DNA of 64,000 bases from Eledone cirrhosa (Eukaryota): the NCBI GenBank assembly GCA_964016885.1, contig OZ024745.1:56792001-56856000 (forward strand), read 5' to 3'. The translations under genes and the position numbers were made by a program. Positions within the stretch are counted from its first letter, which is position 1; each line of letters begins with the position of its first letter. Of this stretch, positions 28,431-42,645 are shown piece by piece. The notes under the pieces were generated by a model. It did not search any database. It saw nothing but the letters and a program-made list of their open reading frames with translations, and had not been told where the DNA came from.

Positions 28431-29638
28431 GATTTCATTTATTAGCCACAAGGGCCGACATGTAGGGGACAATACAAAGACAGGGACTGTGGGGGTTTAC
28501 AATAAGGTCGAGTAAAAGTGCACAATAGCAAGACTAATTTAACAATGAAAATATAAAAATATAAAATAAACTATGCATAAATATAACAAAATAAATTCCC
28601 CGATACGGGTTGGACGACCCTGGGGCAACTCGGGTACCTCACCAATCCTGAACCACCTTGCGCTTCTAGGGCATCTAGGGAGAGCACCCCTCTCCTCAAG
28701 TTAGCCAGCCTATAGGGGCATGGTCAGAGTAGGCCCATTCACACGAGCCATTCTCGCCACATTCACCCACCTTTTAGCAAATGTACTGGGGGGCAGCACT
28801 TCTCTCTCCACCCTCACCTTCCTTTCCAGGTGAAACTTGAAGAAGTTGATGAGGGATTGGCCGAAGAGAAAAGTGTCTGTCTTTAGTCCTTTCAACCTGG
28901 TCCACCATATAATCTCTTTCGCAACTGCCACCAGGCAGAGGAAAATTTCCTGCTCTTCCTTACCTAAGGAAGGCGGTGGATCGATCTTCACTATCGACTC
29001 GGCCGATAGCCGGATTCGTTCCACACGCGACAGTAGCTGTTCGACATAACTCCACCAGTCAGTAATGCACGGACATTGGACAAGTGCGTGCAGAACGGTT
29101 TCGTCGTTCTGTGCGCATCTTGGGCGGGTCCGTCTGACAGCACTTCCGTGCCTGTAGAGTTTATCCCTAACCGGCAGTGCCCCCCGGTAGCACTGCCAAG
29201 CGAGGTATTTCTGGAAATTGTCCATCGTCCCCGGCTCAAAAGTCCTCCGGTACAGACTGGTCAGTTCGACTTCGTCGAGGCCCAAAGCTTCTCCGAGTGC
29301 ATCATCGCACTTGCCCACCACTAATCCTCTATAGAACTCGAGAGTGGAAGTTCCACTGATCGCATTGCCCTCTTGGTAGAGGGCAGTGAGTGCCTGGCAA
29401 CATTCCAGGTGCCAGTCACCCAGTCTCGGTCTCTTCTTGACCCAGGACTGTAGCTCAGTCAAAGAAATGAGCTGCGGAAAGACCCGTCTGATAAACGGCG
29501 ACCACACCTGTTCACCGTTGAGGCAGAATATCTGGAGATGTCGCAGTAGAGGGTGCTGGCAGCAGATGGACCACCTCACCAACGGAACTTGTCCCCTCTA
29601 CAAGAATTTGAAGAGGAGCCGATCCAACTTGACGAGGC
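28431..29638 (-). mobile_element. Tx1/L1-clade LINE 3' portion (zinc-knuckle region and 3' UTR)
   Basis: ORF 28710..29582: LAWQCYRGALPVRDKL..RCAQNDETVLHALVQC, AKEIIWWTR; ends in aataaa and (ATT)n. Confidence 0.85.
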
Positions 29639-29659
29639 AATAATAATAATATTTATGAT

Positions 29660-30575
29660 GATTTCTTTATTGGCCACAAGGGCTGACATCAAGAAAAACA
29701 TTACACACGGCACAGGATGGTACAGGATGGTACGATGTGGGTTTTGTGCGTGTAAATATTTTTATTATTTATATAAGAAAAGAAAGAAAAGGACATAGAA
29801 ACATATATATATATATATAAACTATAATAATTGTTTCTACTTTAGGCACAAGGCCAGCAATTACCCAGCATAAACTATAATAATGAAAATTGAAACAATA
29901 AAAAATTCCCCAATAGGGGGGAAACACTCCGAGGGTTACTCGTGGCGAAAACGACACAAAAGACCACGGCTACCCTGACCACCAGGGCAAGCGCTCTCTC
30001 TCAATTTATCCATTTCTCAAACTACAGACGTATATTCAGAGCGGTCCCGTTCACTCGGACCATTCTCGCTATATTGACCCACCTTTCAACAAACTTGCTA
30101 GAAGGCAGCACTTGCCTCTCCACCCTGATTTTCCTCTTCAAGTGAAACTTGAAAAAGTTAATTAGGGATTCGCCGAAGAGGAAAGTGTCTTTCTTTAACC
30201 CTTTCAACCTTGTCCACCACACAATCTCTTTCGCCATGGCCACGAGGCAGATGAAAACCGCCTGCCCTTCCTCCTCGAAGGAAGACGGCCAGTCCGTCTG
30301 CACAATGGACTCTTGTCGATAACCGGATCAGTCCTACACGCGACAGCAACTGTTCGACATAGCTCAACAAGTCAGCAATGCTCGGGCACTGAACGAGTGC
30401 GTGCACGACGGTTTCGTCGCTCTGCGCGCATCTCGGACAGGCTCGGCTGACGGCACTTCTGTGCCTGTAGAGCTTATCTCGAACCGGCAGCGCTCCCGGT
30501 AGCACTGCCAGGCCAGGGATTTTTGGAAGTTATCCATAGGCCCTGGGCTGAATGTTTCCTCTTCGGAGAATCCCT
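29660..30575 (-). mobile_element. Second Tx1-like 3' fragment with a SINE tail inserted at ~29825-29870
   Basis: GALPVRDKL..CPRCAQSDETVVHALVQC, AKEIVWWTR; paralogue of the adjacent copy. Confidence 0.85.
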
Positions 30576-33500
30576 AATAATAATAATAATAATAATAATA
30601 TATATGTGCGTATGAGTGTGTGTGCGTCTGTGAGTGTGTGTGTGTGTGTGAATAGTGATTAAGTAATACTTTTTTTTTTTAAATTAAATATTTAATTCTT
30701 TCATGTTTTCATTTGCTATTTTATCCGATGGGGATATTTTCTACATTAATATGAATATAGTTTAAGATTCTATGATCGAAACCCGCTTCGTGAGCTTGTT
30801 TATTGAAAGAAGATACTCAGACAATAACTAACATAATACGTGACAGATAGGGAGGTTTGCGTTAAAGAAAATACAGGTACAGTGTACTAAGGTGGAAAGG
30901 GGCGATTATAAGGTATAGAGAAAAAGGAAATGTAGGTTGAGCGTATAAAGTAATATGAACTCTAAAAATGATAAAACTGAAAACAATTATATTGAAAATG
31001 TTATTGCTTGGATTTAAAATAAACTGTCAGTACATGTGTAAGCAAGTATAGATTCCACTGTCCTATCGCTGTCTAGGAAAATATAATATGCATATAAACA
31101 TTGATTTCACAAGGTCAAGAACAATGCATTCGTGTCATTTATCAGAGTTGGACATAACTACTGCTATAGTATTTTAAATTATCTTTGTCGTCATCGTAGT
31201 ATTAGTAATCAAATATCTTGCAAATCATATACTTAGAGTAAGGGAAAACATGTGTTAGCGACATCCGACAGTCACTATGATCGACAAAAACGGTGATAAT
31301 TAGAATAACTGCTTCTCAACATGTTGCTAGATCATTGCTGATTTCCGGCTATTGAGAAGTGACGTTATCTAACAACCCAATCTCAGGTCTAAGGTTTTAA
31401 ATACAGGCGTCGTTCATCAGAAAATTGAAATAGCATATGTGGAAATCGATCAATTTTAATTTTGATCTCAATTTCAAAATTCTCTTTCTTTGTGCCTTCC
31501 TGAATATCGATTTTATCGGCATCACTGAATAATCAAATCTCACCGAATAAATTATAATATTAATGGAATAATAAGACGGGAAAACTGGTTAATTTACTGA
31601 TTCAACTCCAGTATAATTTCTAAGTTCGACTATCAATGTGATATGATATATCGATCAATATAATATAAAACCATTGATATAATTGTGCCCATTCTACAAC
31701 ACAGAATTTTATTACTTTTCTGTTTATAAACTAATGCGGGATTTCTGCATTTTAGTCGAGAAGATTATATATAAAGTTAATCAACTTATATTTTATTCGG
31801 GAATAAAATAATACGCTTAAAGCGAAATACGTCTAGCTCTACGTTTATCATTATGCATAATTATGTATATTAAGACCAGAAAGACAAATTTAACGTAAAG
31901 TCACAAACAAATATTTATATTAGTAATTATTATAATTCGAAGTATGTTACTATAGAAAACAGCAAACAATGTCTGAACCGATATCTTGATTGTAGACATG
32001 GGATTGTCGCTTCGCTAGATATACTGCCGCTGAATAGTTTTTAAACAAAGGATATCTTTATACAATTATATATATACATATATAGATAGTCAGGTAGATT
32101 TTATCTATACGATTCGTACTGATTGATTTTATGATTGCTAAACACAGTAGATTGCTTATAGTTCATAATATTTAGCGGTTATAAATGTTTTGGGGATAAG
32201 TAAAAATGGGGAGTTTTGTGCCTGCAAGTTATTCTCCAAGTGTGACTGATTAGTTAAGCATATGCGTCAGTGGCTATGTACCATCCGGAGGACTGTCACA
32301 GAAGCCAGTCAGCCCATGAAGCCCAGATATCTTGTTAATACGGACAGTGTTTGCAGTGTATGAGCCACATGATTTCATAGTGAAATTGTGTAGCATGTAC
32401 AATTCAATGTACATCTCCGATATACGACTATTCCAAGAATGCGTAAATTATTGTTTTTCTTTGCTTATTCTTTTTTACTCGATTCTATTTCAATTATATC
32501 TCCTATTCGCATTTTACTTTGGTTGCTAAATGCTTATAAAATTATTCCACAATGCTTCAAGCAAACTTCAATACTCTGTTATTTTTTATAAAAAAATGAT
32601 ATTAAACTTATGTTTGTATACGGAATGTGTTAACAAGACAGGACCAACGTGTATATAAACACATATCCAATATGTAGGCATATAAATATACGAGAAAATA
32701 CGAATTTCCCTGGAAATTTAATCTATTTTTGAAACTGACGTCCCTATTAGCTTAAATTCTATAGATCCTGTGTGCTACGCTATATGAACCGGACCCCTCT
32801 GGTAATGTAATACGTTAACCTACTTACCATCCCAATAATTTCAGTTAGAATAGCGTCCCCCGCACTCTATCTACCTACAAATATAGATTTATAAGTCATA
32901 TGACTCCTGGAGTGGACTGCTATCGACACGCTCATAACTCCAATAGCATATCAAAAACAAAAACACATCTTTACATCTGTTTACGCCCAAAGTCAGTGGA
33001 TTATCTGAAGAACCAACTTTCCTCAATTGAATAACATATCTATATACACAAATGCGGTTACTTGAATTTATATTCGAACGCATTTCTGTAGTGCTAAAAT
33101 ACATAACTTATTAGAAATATGATATGCATATGCTGTAAAACGATAAATAGACTCTCATACTGAGAACAGTGTTTGGAAAACCACAACGACTACAACAACC
33201 ATTAGAACAACTACAATGTCAAATCACACTCACATTTTTTTTATTGATTATTGTATAATGTTCCTAAAATTAAAAAAAGAAAAAGAACATTCATATTGTG
33301 CAAAATCTTACACATTTATCAATAGTATTTAGCATTATGGTTAATCTTCAATAATCAGTTATGTCGATAGTGTATTTATTTAATTGAAGACTTATATCAT
33401 CATCATTGATGTTCTTGTTACTATAGATGCAACAGCCATTTTTCTTTGTAGTAGTTATTATAGACATCTTTGATCGTTTTATTTTTATTTATATTTGTAG

Positions 33501-34135
33501 AAATTACATAATATCAATAAATAAATCACATATAAACAAACAGTAGAACAAAAAAAACAAACTCTCCAGATGCTACACAAATGACCTAAAGAATGATAAA
33601 AACAAATTTTAAATGCTACAGCTCGTTTAGATAGCAGAGCTAACCTAAAATAAGAATTGCCAGACAAACGCTTTCAGGCAAAAGTATCGAGTTTCTGAGG
33701 TGGCATGCGGAAGACGACTTCAGAATAGTCAATAAATTTGCTGCCAACGCAAGCTAGTTATTGTCTAGTACAGATCAATTCACATATGTTTTTACGGACT
33801 GACGCATATCCGTCATTATTCTACAACTGGATTCAGTAGCACATACACACAGAAATAAATAAAAGAAAATCATGGAAACATGATCTGTTAAATAACGGCA
33901 AAACAGTTTTTTATACGAGAAGAACATATAATCAATTTATAATCTGTAATGACTATTATTTTGTAGCCACTCAGGATGTATAAATCAGAATTGAACTATG
34001 GGCCGTGAGTTATAAAACCAGATGTCTGCAATTTTCACGCAGAATTAGAAACTTAACCACGTAACCATGAAACGGTGTACATAATATCAGTGAATATTTA
34101 CATACATTGACTGGGTTTAGATACAATAGGACTCA

Positions 34136-34198
<63 letters not shown>

Positions 34199-34249
34199 CC
34201 TGTGTGTGTGTGTGTATGTGTGGGTGTGGGTGTGTGTGTGTGTGTGTAT

Positions 34250-34398
34250 TCAAAGGTGCTGTCATGTAGTTCCTCTGGCGTATCTTTGGAGTAACGTTAC
34301 TCGATAGAATGTGTAACTCGGAGATCAGAGAGTCGCTCCTGGTAGAGTGGTTACTTCTCCGAATTGATAGATCGCAGCCGCAATACAATGGGCATGTG
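34250..34398 (+). mobile_element. RTE-clade LINE C-terminal fragment
   Basis: Translates as FLWRIFGVTLLDRMCNSEIRESL..LLLRIDRSQ..GHV; paralogue at 52757. Confidence 0.7.
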
Positions 34399-35100
34399 TA
34401 TATATATATATATATATGAAATAAAAGTGACAGAGGCGCTGTGTAGTTCGTAATAAATATTATTTAGAAAATATAAGAGAAACACAGGATTATTCCTGCC
34501 CTTTGGCTGTCTGCCGTGGGTAGTTGATGTTTCAACGCATTAAAGACAGTACATCTCACCACAGTGCGTTGATAACTAAGAGAAATAGTTATCCGGGAAG
34601 AAAACAAAAAAGTAACAATAAAAAGAGACTATAGCGTAGAGAACGACTGAAGAAGTAAATAAACAGAAGAAAAGCATACCCATAGAGAGGGAGGAAACAG
34701 GAGACAGTAGTGTATGTAAGTTGCAACAACCAATGGAAGAGAGGGAGTAGTTAAAAAGGTGACCGAACGTAAGTCCTAGATCCGTATTAAAAGCGCGAGG
34801 GAGAACGAAGAGAAAAACGTCTGATCATAGCGAGAACGGGTAAAGAGGGAGAGTTGAAGGAAAACGGAAGTGAGAGGGCGGAGAGGGGAAATGTTAAGAG
34901 AGCAGAGAGACGGGAGAAAGGAGATAGATGGTAAGAGAGAAAGAGTGTAAGTGGGTGGTAGAGTGAGAGAGAGAGAGAAAGATAGAGGCAGAAACGAAAC
35001 GAGAAATGAGTTAATCCAAAATGGCAGATGTTAAGTTCAAAAGAGGAATTAACATCTACAAGCGAGATAGGGAGGATGGATCGGGGTTCACAGCAATAAA

Positions 35101-35935
<835 letters not shown>

Positions 35936-36661
35936 GCCCTGTCACGTACATCCTAATTGCCTGGTTGGCTCTAGAAAGCGCATCTAGCCGTCAAAACTAT
36001 GTCGAATAAGCAAAAGAGATATTGTTTCAACACGGCTGGTTTGGACCGTGACGATCGTTCAAACCCATGCCAAGTTGGTGGGGCAGCGGAATTATAGGTG
36101 TTAATCTGAAGCGTTTTAATACCATTTATCCTGAATACTGAGATTCCTGCATTTATTGCCGACTGCTAGATCTTAGCTTCATAGAAATAGCTGTAGATTT
36201 ATTGTTGTCTAAATGTAGGAAAACTAGCAGCATTATATAATATCCAAAAGAACACTTCGATTATATAAAGGTCACGTGCTTGTCAATATAAACTGATATT
36301 ACCAACACACGATTACAAAATCTGCTCACTTGGTGTTGTTTATCTTTTGTGTCACTAAAATTACACGCGAAAAAAAATAACATCGTTTTTTTTTTTAAAG
36401 TACTTGAAACTATCTTTTTCTATTGAAGACTTCTATCTTGAATAGCAGAACATTTGCTGTGCTGCTTCAATTTAAATATATGAATTGATGGCTCCTAAAT
36501 ACATTGTTCTAATTAGCATACTTGTTTTCGCCACAATGGTTGTAATTAATGGCTGCTTTTATATACTACAAGAGTAACTAAGTTTTAGCACGACAATTTC
36601 GTGTTTAGCTGATACTTTCAAGTACGATTAGGTTAAATGTAATAGAGAAGGGATAATAGTA

Positions 36662-36730
<69 letters not shown>

Positions 36731-37406
36731 GCATGTATGTATATATGTGTGTATATATATAGGCATGTATGTATATATATTTACCTGTGTGCGCGTGTGT
36801 GTCAGTGTGTATTTGCATTTGTGTTATGCACATATATCACAAAAGCAACTTAATACAGCAGCTAATTTCAGTAATCAGACGCTGAAAACATTACGCTATT
36901 TTTGTTCGGCTTTTACAGGTTTTTGCTGCTCTAAGTAGTTTTCTGAGGAATGCCGTATGGCTTCTTCCCAACATGAAGCATGATTGCAGTGTTATTCTAG
37001 TTGAGAGCAAATAATATTTTCATTCGGAATTACTTACTATGTTGCGTTATAAATAGCGCATTCTTCTTTGGCGTTTCTCTAATTGTGAGTGTTCGGTTTA
37101 ATATTAAAACAAACGTAAATAGCGCCTAAATATTGACACAAACACACAATACACCCGAAATAGATAGAGAGTGGGAGGTCGGTCTGTCGGATAGCAAAAG
37201 AGAGTAAGTCGCAGAAACATAAATCTGCTGACAGTTTCACTGAAGGAAATGAGGTGAGATCGTTAAATAGACGGAAGTAGAGAACATTAGAAGGGAATTG
37301 GTGAGGAAGAAGCCAAATATACGCGCGGACATGTACCAAACCCAAATATATCTAACCATATATACACAAACCCAAATATATCTAACCATTACATATAGAG
37401 ACCTAC

Positions 37407-37447
<41 letters not shown>

Positions 37448-37589
37448 TATATATATATAAATACATATATATATACATATATATTTGCATATATATATAT
37501 AGATACATATATATATATACATATATATATATGTATATTTATACATACATATATATATTTATACATACTTATATATAGATAAGATAAGT

Positions 37590-37755
37590 TTATACCGGGT
37601 TCAATCGGGGGTAACCATATTACGTAAGATACTCAAGACAAAGCAGAGTATAAATATTTAATATAGAAAGGCTTCTACAGAACTAGAACTGCTTCATTCT
37701 GGAGAAATCATCAGGAATCCTAATGATTTCTCCGGAATGAAACCGTCCTGTAGAC
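37590..37755. mobile_element. PLE pLTR (minus strand) fused back-to-back to a short inverted HHR remnant
   Basis: tcatcagga-a-tcctaatga centred at 37717; left part homologous to 2950..3080. Confidence 0.8.
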
Positions 37756-37797
37756 ATACATATATACATAAATACATATACATACATATACATATAT

Positions 37798-37856
<59 letters not shown>

Positions 37857-37893
37857 TACATATATATATATATATACATATTTATATATATAC

Positions 37894-37926
<33 letters not shown>

Positions 37927-37935
37927 CATATATAC

Positions 37936-37994
<59 letters not shown>

Positions 37995-37996
<2 letters not shown>

Positions 37997-38598
37997 GTGG
38001 CTGCCAACTCGTTTTCGAGTACGGCCACTACTTTATATCCATGTAGGAGAACCCCTACCGATGCCCTGAACGAGTGTGACTTTTCAGTCCAGCCAGCGAC
38101 TTGAAAACTCTGGTACAAACACTACACTTGTGACAATTACTGACACATAGTGTTGGGCCCATGGTACCATGGGATTACAAATGCAGAAAGATCTCCAGAT
38201 ATAAAGCAATGCCTGTGCTGTGAAGCTTTTATAGTGAGCAAAGGCACTGCACAAAGCCGGTCCCACTCTCTTAACCAAGATGATATTTATCAAAAAGAAC
38301 AAGTCAACATCATTGGATACCATCAGAGTTGCAGGTGTTATATCAGAGTTTTCCTTCTCCTAGAATTCTGCCTTGACAAAGGCTAAGGGGTCATCTCTCC
38401 CGGGGATTTTGGATGGCCATTGACTCTTAAGAGCTCCTTTGTCCTTTGACAGGTTTTGTTTTTAGTCCTGCAGGATGTCCAAAGTCACCCTCCTCACCAA
38501 GAAACCTTGGTGGGGTTGCCAGTTTAGTCGCCAACAACCCGGCCATGAGCCAGGTTGTACTGGGATACATGATACCAGAAGTACCAACTGGTGACCTG
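37995..38598. mobile_element. Probable rearranged LINE (RTE-like) 5' region
   Basis: GC-richer island between TA arrays. The minus strand has ggagaaggaaaactctga (typical of RTE 5' UTRs); the plus strand has a VNIIG endonuclease-like start. Weak. Confidence 0.35.
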
Positions 38599-38618
38599 AT
38601 ATATATATATATATATAC

Positions 38619-38652
<34 letters not shown>

Positions 38653-38742
38653 ACATACATATATATATATACATACATATATATATATATATACATACAT
38701 ATATATACACATACATACATATATATACATACATATATACAC

Positions 38743-38811
<69 letters not shown>

Positions 38812-38864
38812 CATACATATATATACATACATATACATATATATACATACATATATATATATAT

Positions 38865-38979
<115 letters not shown>

Positions 38980-39235
38980 TAATCCGGGTTGAATCGGAGG
39001 TAGCCACAGTAAGTGAGGTACTGAATACATTGCAGAGTATAAACGTTTTAATATAGGATAGCTTCTACAGGACTAGAACTGTTTCATTCGTGAGAAATCA
39101 TCAGGAAGCTGGCTGTCCAAATAAATGGTAGTATTTATGTCCTTCCTTATCTGATGGTAGGAGAGGGTGGGATTTGGGATGGGTGTAGGTCATTGGTTGA
39201 AGTATTTAAAGAAAGGGGATTCATTCAGAAGTGCG
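38980..39235 (-). mobile_element. PLE pLTR copy ending in (TA)n
   Basis: Reverse-complement homologue of ~2830..3082. Confidence 0.8.
39060..39110 (-). ncRNA. Intact type I hammerhead ribozyme
   Basis: Minus strand reads AGCTTC-CTGATGA-tttc tcac gaat-GAAA-CAG ttctagtc CTG-TA-GAAGCT: perfect 6-bp helix I, full core and a GUA site. Confidence 0.85.
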
Positions 39236-39242
39236 GTTAATT

Positions 39243-39420
39243 GGCAGTATCGGTAGAGGGTTGGACACCATGCTTTCCAGCATAGTTAGTCCCTTTACAG
39301 TCTGAGTTAAAATCCCACCGAGGTTAACTTTGCCTTTCATCCTTAGGGGATCGATAAAATAAAGTACCTGTAATGTACTGGGTAATTGCTGGCCTTGTGC
39401 CTAAAGTAGAAACAATTATA
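39243..39420 (+). mobile_element. Deu/Nin-type tRNA-SINE, near full length
   Basis: A-box-like tggcagtatcggtag, B-box-like gagttaaaatcc, central domain and tail. Confidence 0.85.
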
Positions 39421-39929
39421 AATACAGATTCCTTTCACTTTGGAATTCGTTGTGGTTGTTGTTATCTGTTGTAATTTCCATACAAGTGGTCAACATTTTT
39501 TTCACGTAATTGAGTCCAGTCTGATGCCAGGAATTTACATCTCGCCTAATCGAGTGTATAACTTATACATCAAATAATTCAATTTGTGTTGCATATGTGC
39601 AAACTCAACTCCAATGCGCTATTATTGTGTATTTGTGAGTGTGTACTTGTGCCTGTGTTTGTTGTTAGATCTGATGTGGACCAGCATGTGTGACGCAAGA
39701 AACATTACAAATAGCTGCCAAAAGCCAATTCTGGATTAAATAACCACGTACCGTCTTTAAAACACGACATATTCGATTACGTACATTTCGATATGCATAA
39801 ATGACACGAATTTAGTATACTTTCTTAGAAGTAACTTGGTGCTTACTAACAGCAATATATTATATTAATGCTGTTGTACATGTTTAAACCGTCCTTTCAA
39901 TTAGGAAACGTTCTGATATATTTGTTGTA

Positions 39930-40085
39930 AGGCCTGTAGCAGTGGAGATTTCCGGCGTTCTTGGCCCCTGGATCACATCCCAGTTCACTACTATAGGAGC
40001 GGAGTCGGTGCCCGCTGGTATCAGTCCAGTGGAGTGGCTGTTCCAGCGCGTCTCCCTCGCCGATTTCCGAAGCAATGTCGGCCGG
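39930..40085 (+). mobile_element. CRE-like RLE retrotransposon C-terminal fragment
   Basis: PVAVEISGVLGP...EWLFQRVSLA.FRSN (cf. AVETLG..LFQRISIA..RGNA). Confidence 0.6.
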
Positions 40086-40506
40086 GGCCAAAAGGCGGAG
40101 GATAAGTCAATTGGAGGTGGAGGCTACTCGTTCAGACGCCACACATATACACACATAAATAAAACATTACTGACTTAAACTAATTACACAATTACATATA
40201 CAAATGACACAGTTATATATACAATCACAGAAATATTTGGTAACAGGAACTTAGAAGTTTGCGAAAGAGAGAGCGTGATAGAAAGTTTTCATGTTCACAC
40301 TCTGAATAATTTGTTTGGGGGGTGGGGGATAAAGGGGGCGTTGAAATGTGTGTGAGATATATATATATATATATTAACCTATCCCTCCCGCCTCTCATTC
40401 TCGCTCTATCTCTCTCTCTCTCTCTCTATTTATATATATATATATATATATACGGCGATGAATTAGTTTTGCGAGGTTTTTTATATGAAATCGTGTGTCG
40501 AAACAA

Positions 40507-41092
40507 ATATTGTTATACTTGGGGAGGGTCATATTTGTGTAATATTGCCAGAATTAATAACAGAACACACGCAGTGTTTGGTTGGTTTTCGCTTTTCGTT
40601 TCTGTGTCTTTTATATCGGTAATCTAATTTATTCGGTCCTCAATATGCCATTGACTGACCGATGGTCAAAAATAATACAGATACAATATAGATACAAACA
40701 CATATATATAGTTTATCAAAGTTCTTTCGTTGCACACCTGCAACATCGTCAGTGGTGCTATAGATTCCTCCCCCGTTGCATTGTATTTCTACGCCATCTT
40801 TATCTAAAGATGGCGTAGAAATACAATGCAACGGGGGAGGAATCTATAGCACCACTGACGATGTTGCAGGTGTGCAACGAAAGAACTTTGATAAACTATA
40901 TATATGTGTTTGTATCTATATTGTATCTGTATTATTTTTGACCATCGGTCAGTCAATGGCATATTGAGGACCGAATAAATTAGATTACCGATATAAAAGA
41001 CACAGAAACGAAAAGCGAAAACCAACCAAACACTGCGTGTGTTCTGTTATTAATTCTGGCAATATTACACAAATATGACCCTCCCCAAGTAT

Positions 41093-41100
<8 letters not shown>
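40507..41100. repeat. Apparently perfect palindrome, 296-bp arms with a 2-nt spacer
   Basis: Arms 40507..40802 and 40805..41100; mirror ORFs 40640..40831(-) and 40776..40967(+) are identical. Confidence 0.95.
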
Positions 41101-41187
<87 letters not shown>

Positions 41188-41538
41188 CACTCACATATTT
41201 CAACGCTCTCTTTCTCACGCCCACCCTCTAGAAAATATTTAGAGTGTGAAATGAAAACAACAATTTTGTTCTCTCCCTTTCACACACTTTCTATCTCTCT
41301 CACTCGCACATTCCTATATATATGTTTGTATATATATATATTGTTTTAACCTGATTAGTTCTTTCGTTGCTTTGGTATTGTATGGTTGGGTTTTGCCTAC
41401 CGCAATTCTCAATTTGTCAAGCTATTTAAACGTATGTTATTACTCTAATGAGTGCTTTGAGTGCTTTGCTACACATTCCTTATTGTAGATCGACTTTGCT
41501 TGGCCACAGCCAAAGCTTCGATTTTACTAAGCTTCCAT

Positions 41539-41657
<119 letters not shown>

Positions 41658-41958
41658 AATCTACCAAAATATACGGTAGTGTCCAATCCGTATGAAGAAC
41701 TCAATGTAATCCAAATATCATGAAAAGAGAAGATGTATTCAAAAATGTTTTTGATGAAAATCACAGGAAAACAGAGTCAAGATAAATTTAGAAAACAATG
41801 AATAAAAACAAAGAAACAGTTCCTTATATTAAAAAATTCATCATTTTACGATCGTTTCTATGTGTGTGTTGGTATGTATATCATATAGATCTATGTAAAA
41901 ATTTTACAAACTATCAGAGGGAATATACATACTTACACATATATATGGTGTCTTCAGA

Positions 41959-42007
<49 letters not shown>

Positions 42008-42354
42008 AATGTGCGAACGAGAGCGAGAGCAGAATTGTTTAAAACCTGTAGTACGTGTAAAAATCTGTCATTACTGAAGGGGAGGTAAGAGTGTGAGAAC
42101 GAGTCACAGAGAGATGGAGAAAGTGTAGCAGTTACGCCGAAGTGCTTTTTAGCTCACGACTTTATGGAAAAGGGATTGTAGCAATGCGTGCGTGTGATGG
42201 AGGATGACCGAAATAGAGAAAATTGAGTGAGTAATTGTTATAGAAAACAGGGCTTACTATAGAAAAGGAATTCTAATTTATTTTGTGTACGTATTAGATA
42301 GAGAAGGAGAGGGAGAGAGAGAGAATGTGAGAGAGAGAGAGAGTGTGATAGAGT

Positions 42355-42395
<41 letters not shown>

Positions 42396-42487
42396 AGAGA
42401 GCGAGAGTGTGAGAGAAAGATAAAAAGGTGGAGAAAGAGAGAAAGAGAGTCGCATATGTGGTGTGACAACTCAGAACGGAAAGGAGA

Positions 42488-42645
42488 TGCAGTGGAGACT
42501 ATTGGTGCCCTTGGTCCTAGGGCTACCTCCCTACTCAACACCATAAGAGCTGGCCAGCCGTAAGTGTGAGCCTTGCGAGTTGGAATGGTTCTTCCAGCGC
42601 ACCTCCCTTGACATCCTCCGGGCAAACGCCTTCTTCATTCTGTCC
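42488..42645 (+). mobile_element. CRE-like RLE retrotransposon C-terminal fragment
   Basis: AVETIGALGPRATSLL...EPCELEWFFQRTSLDILRANAF. Confidence 0.65.
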
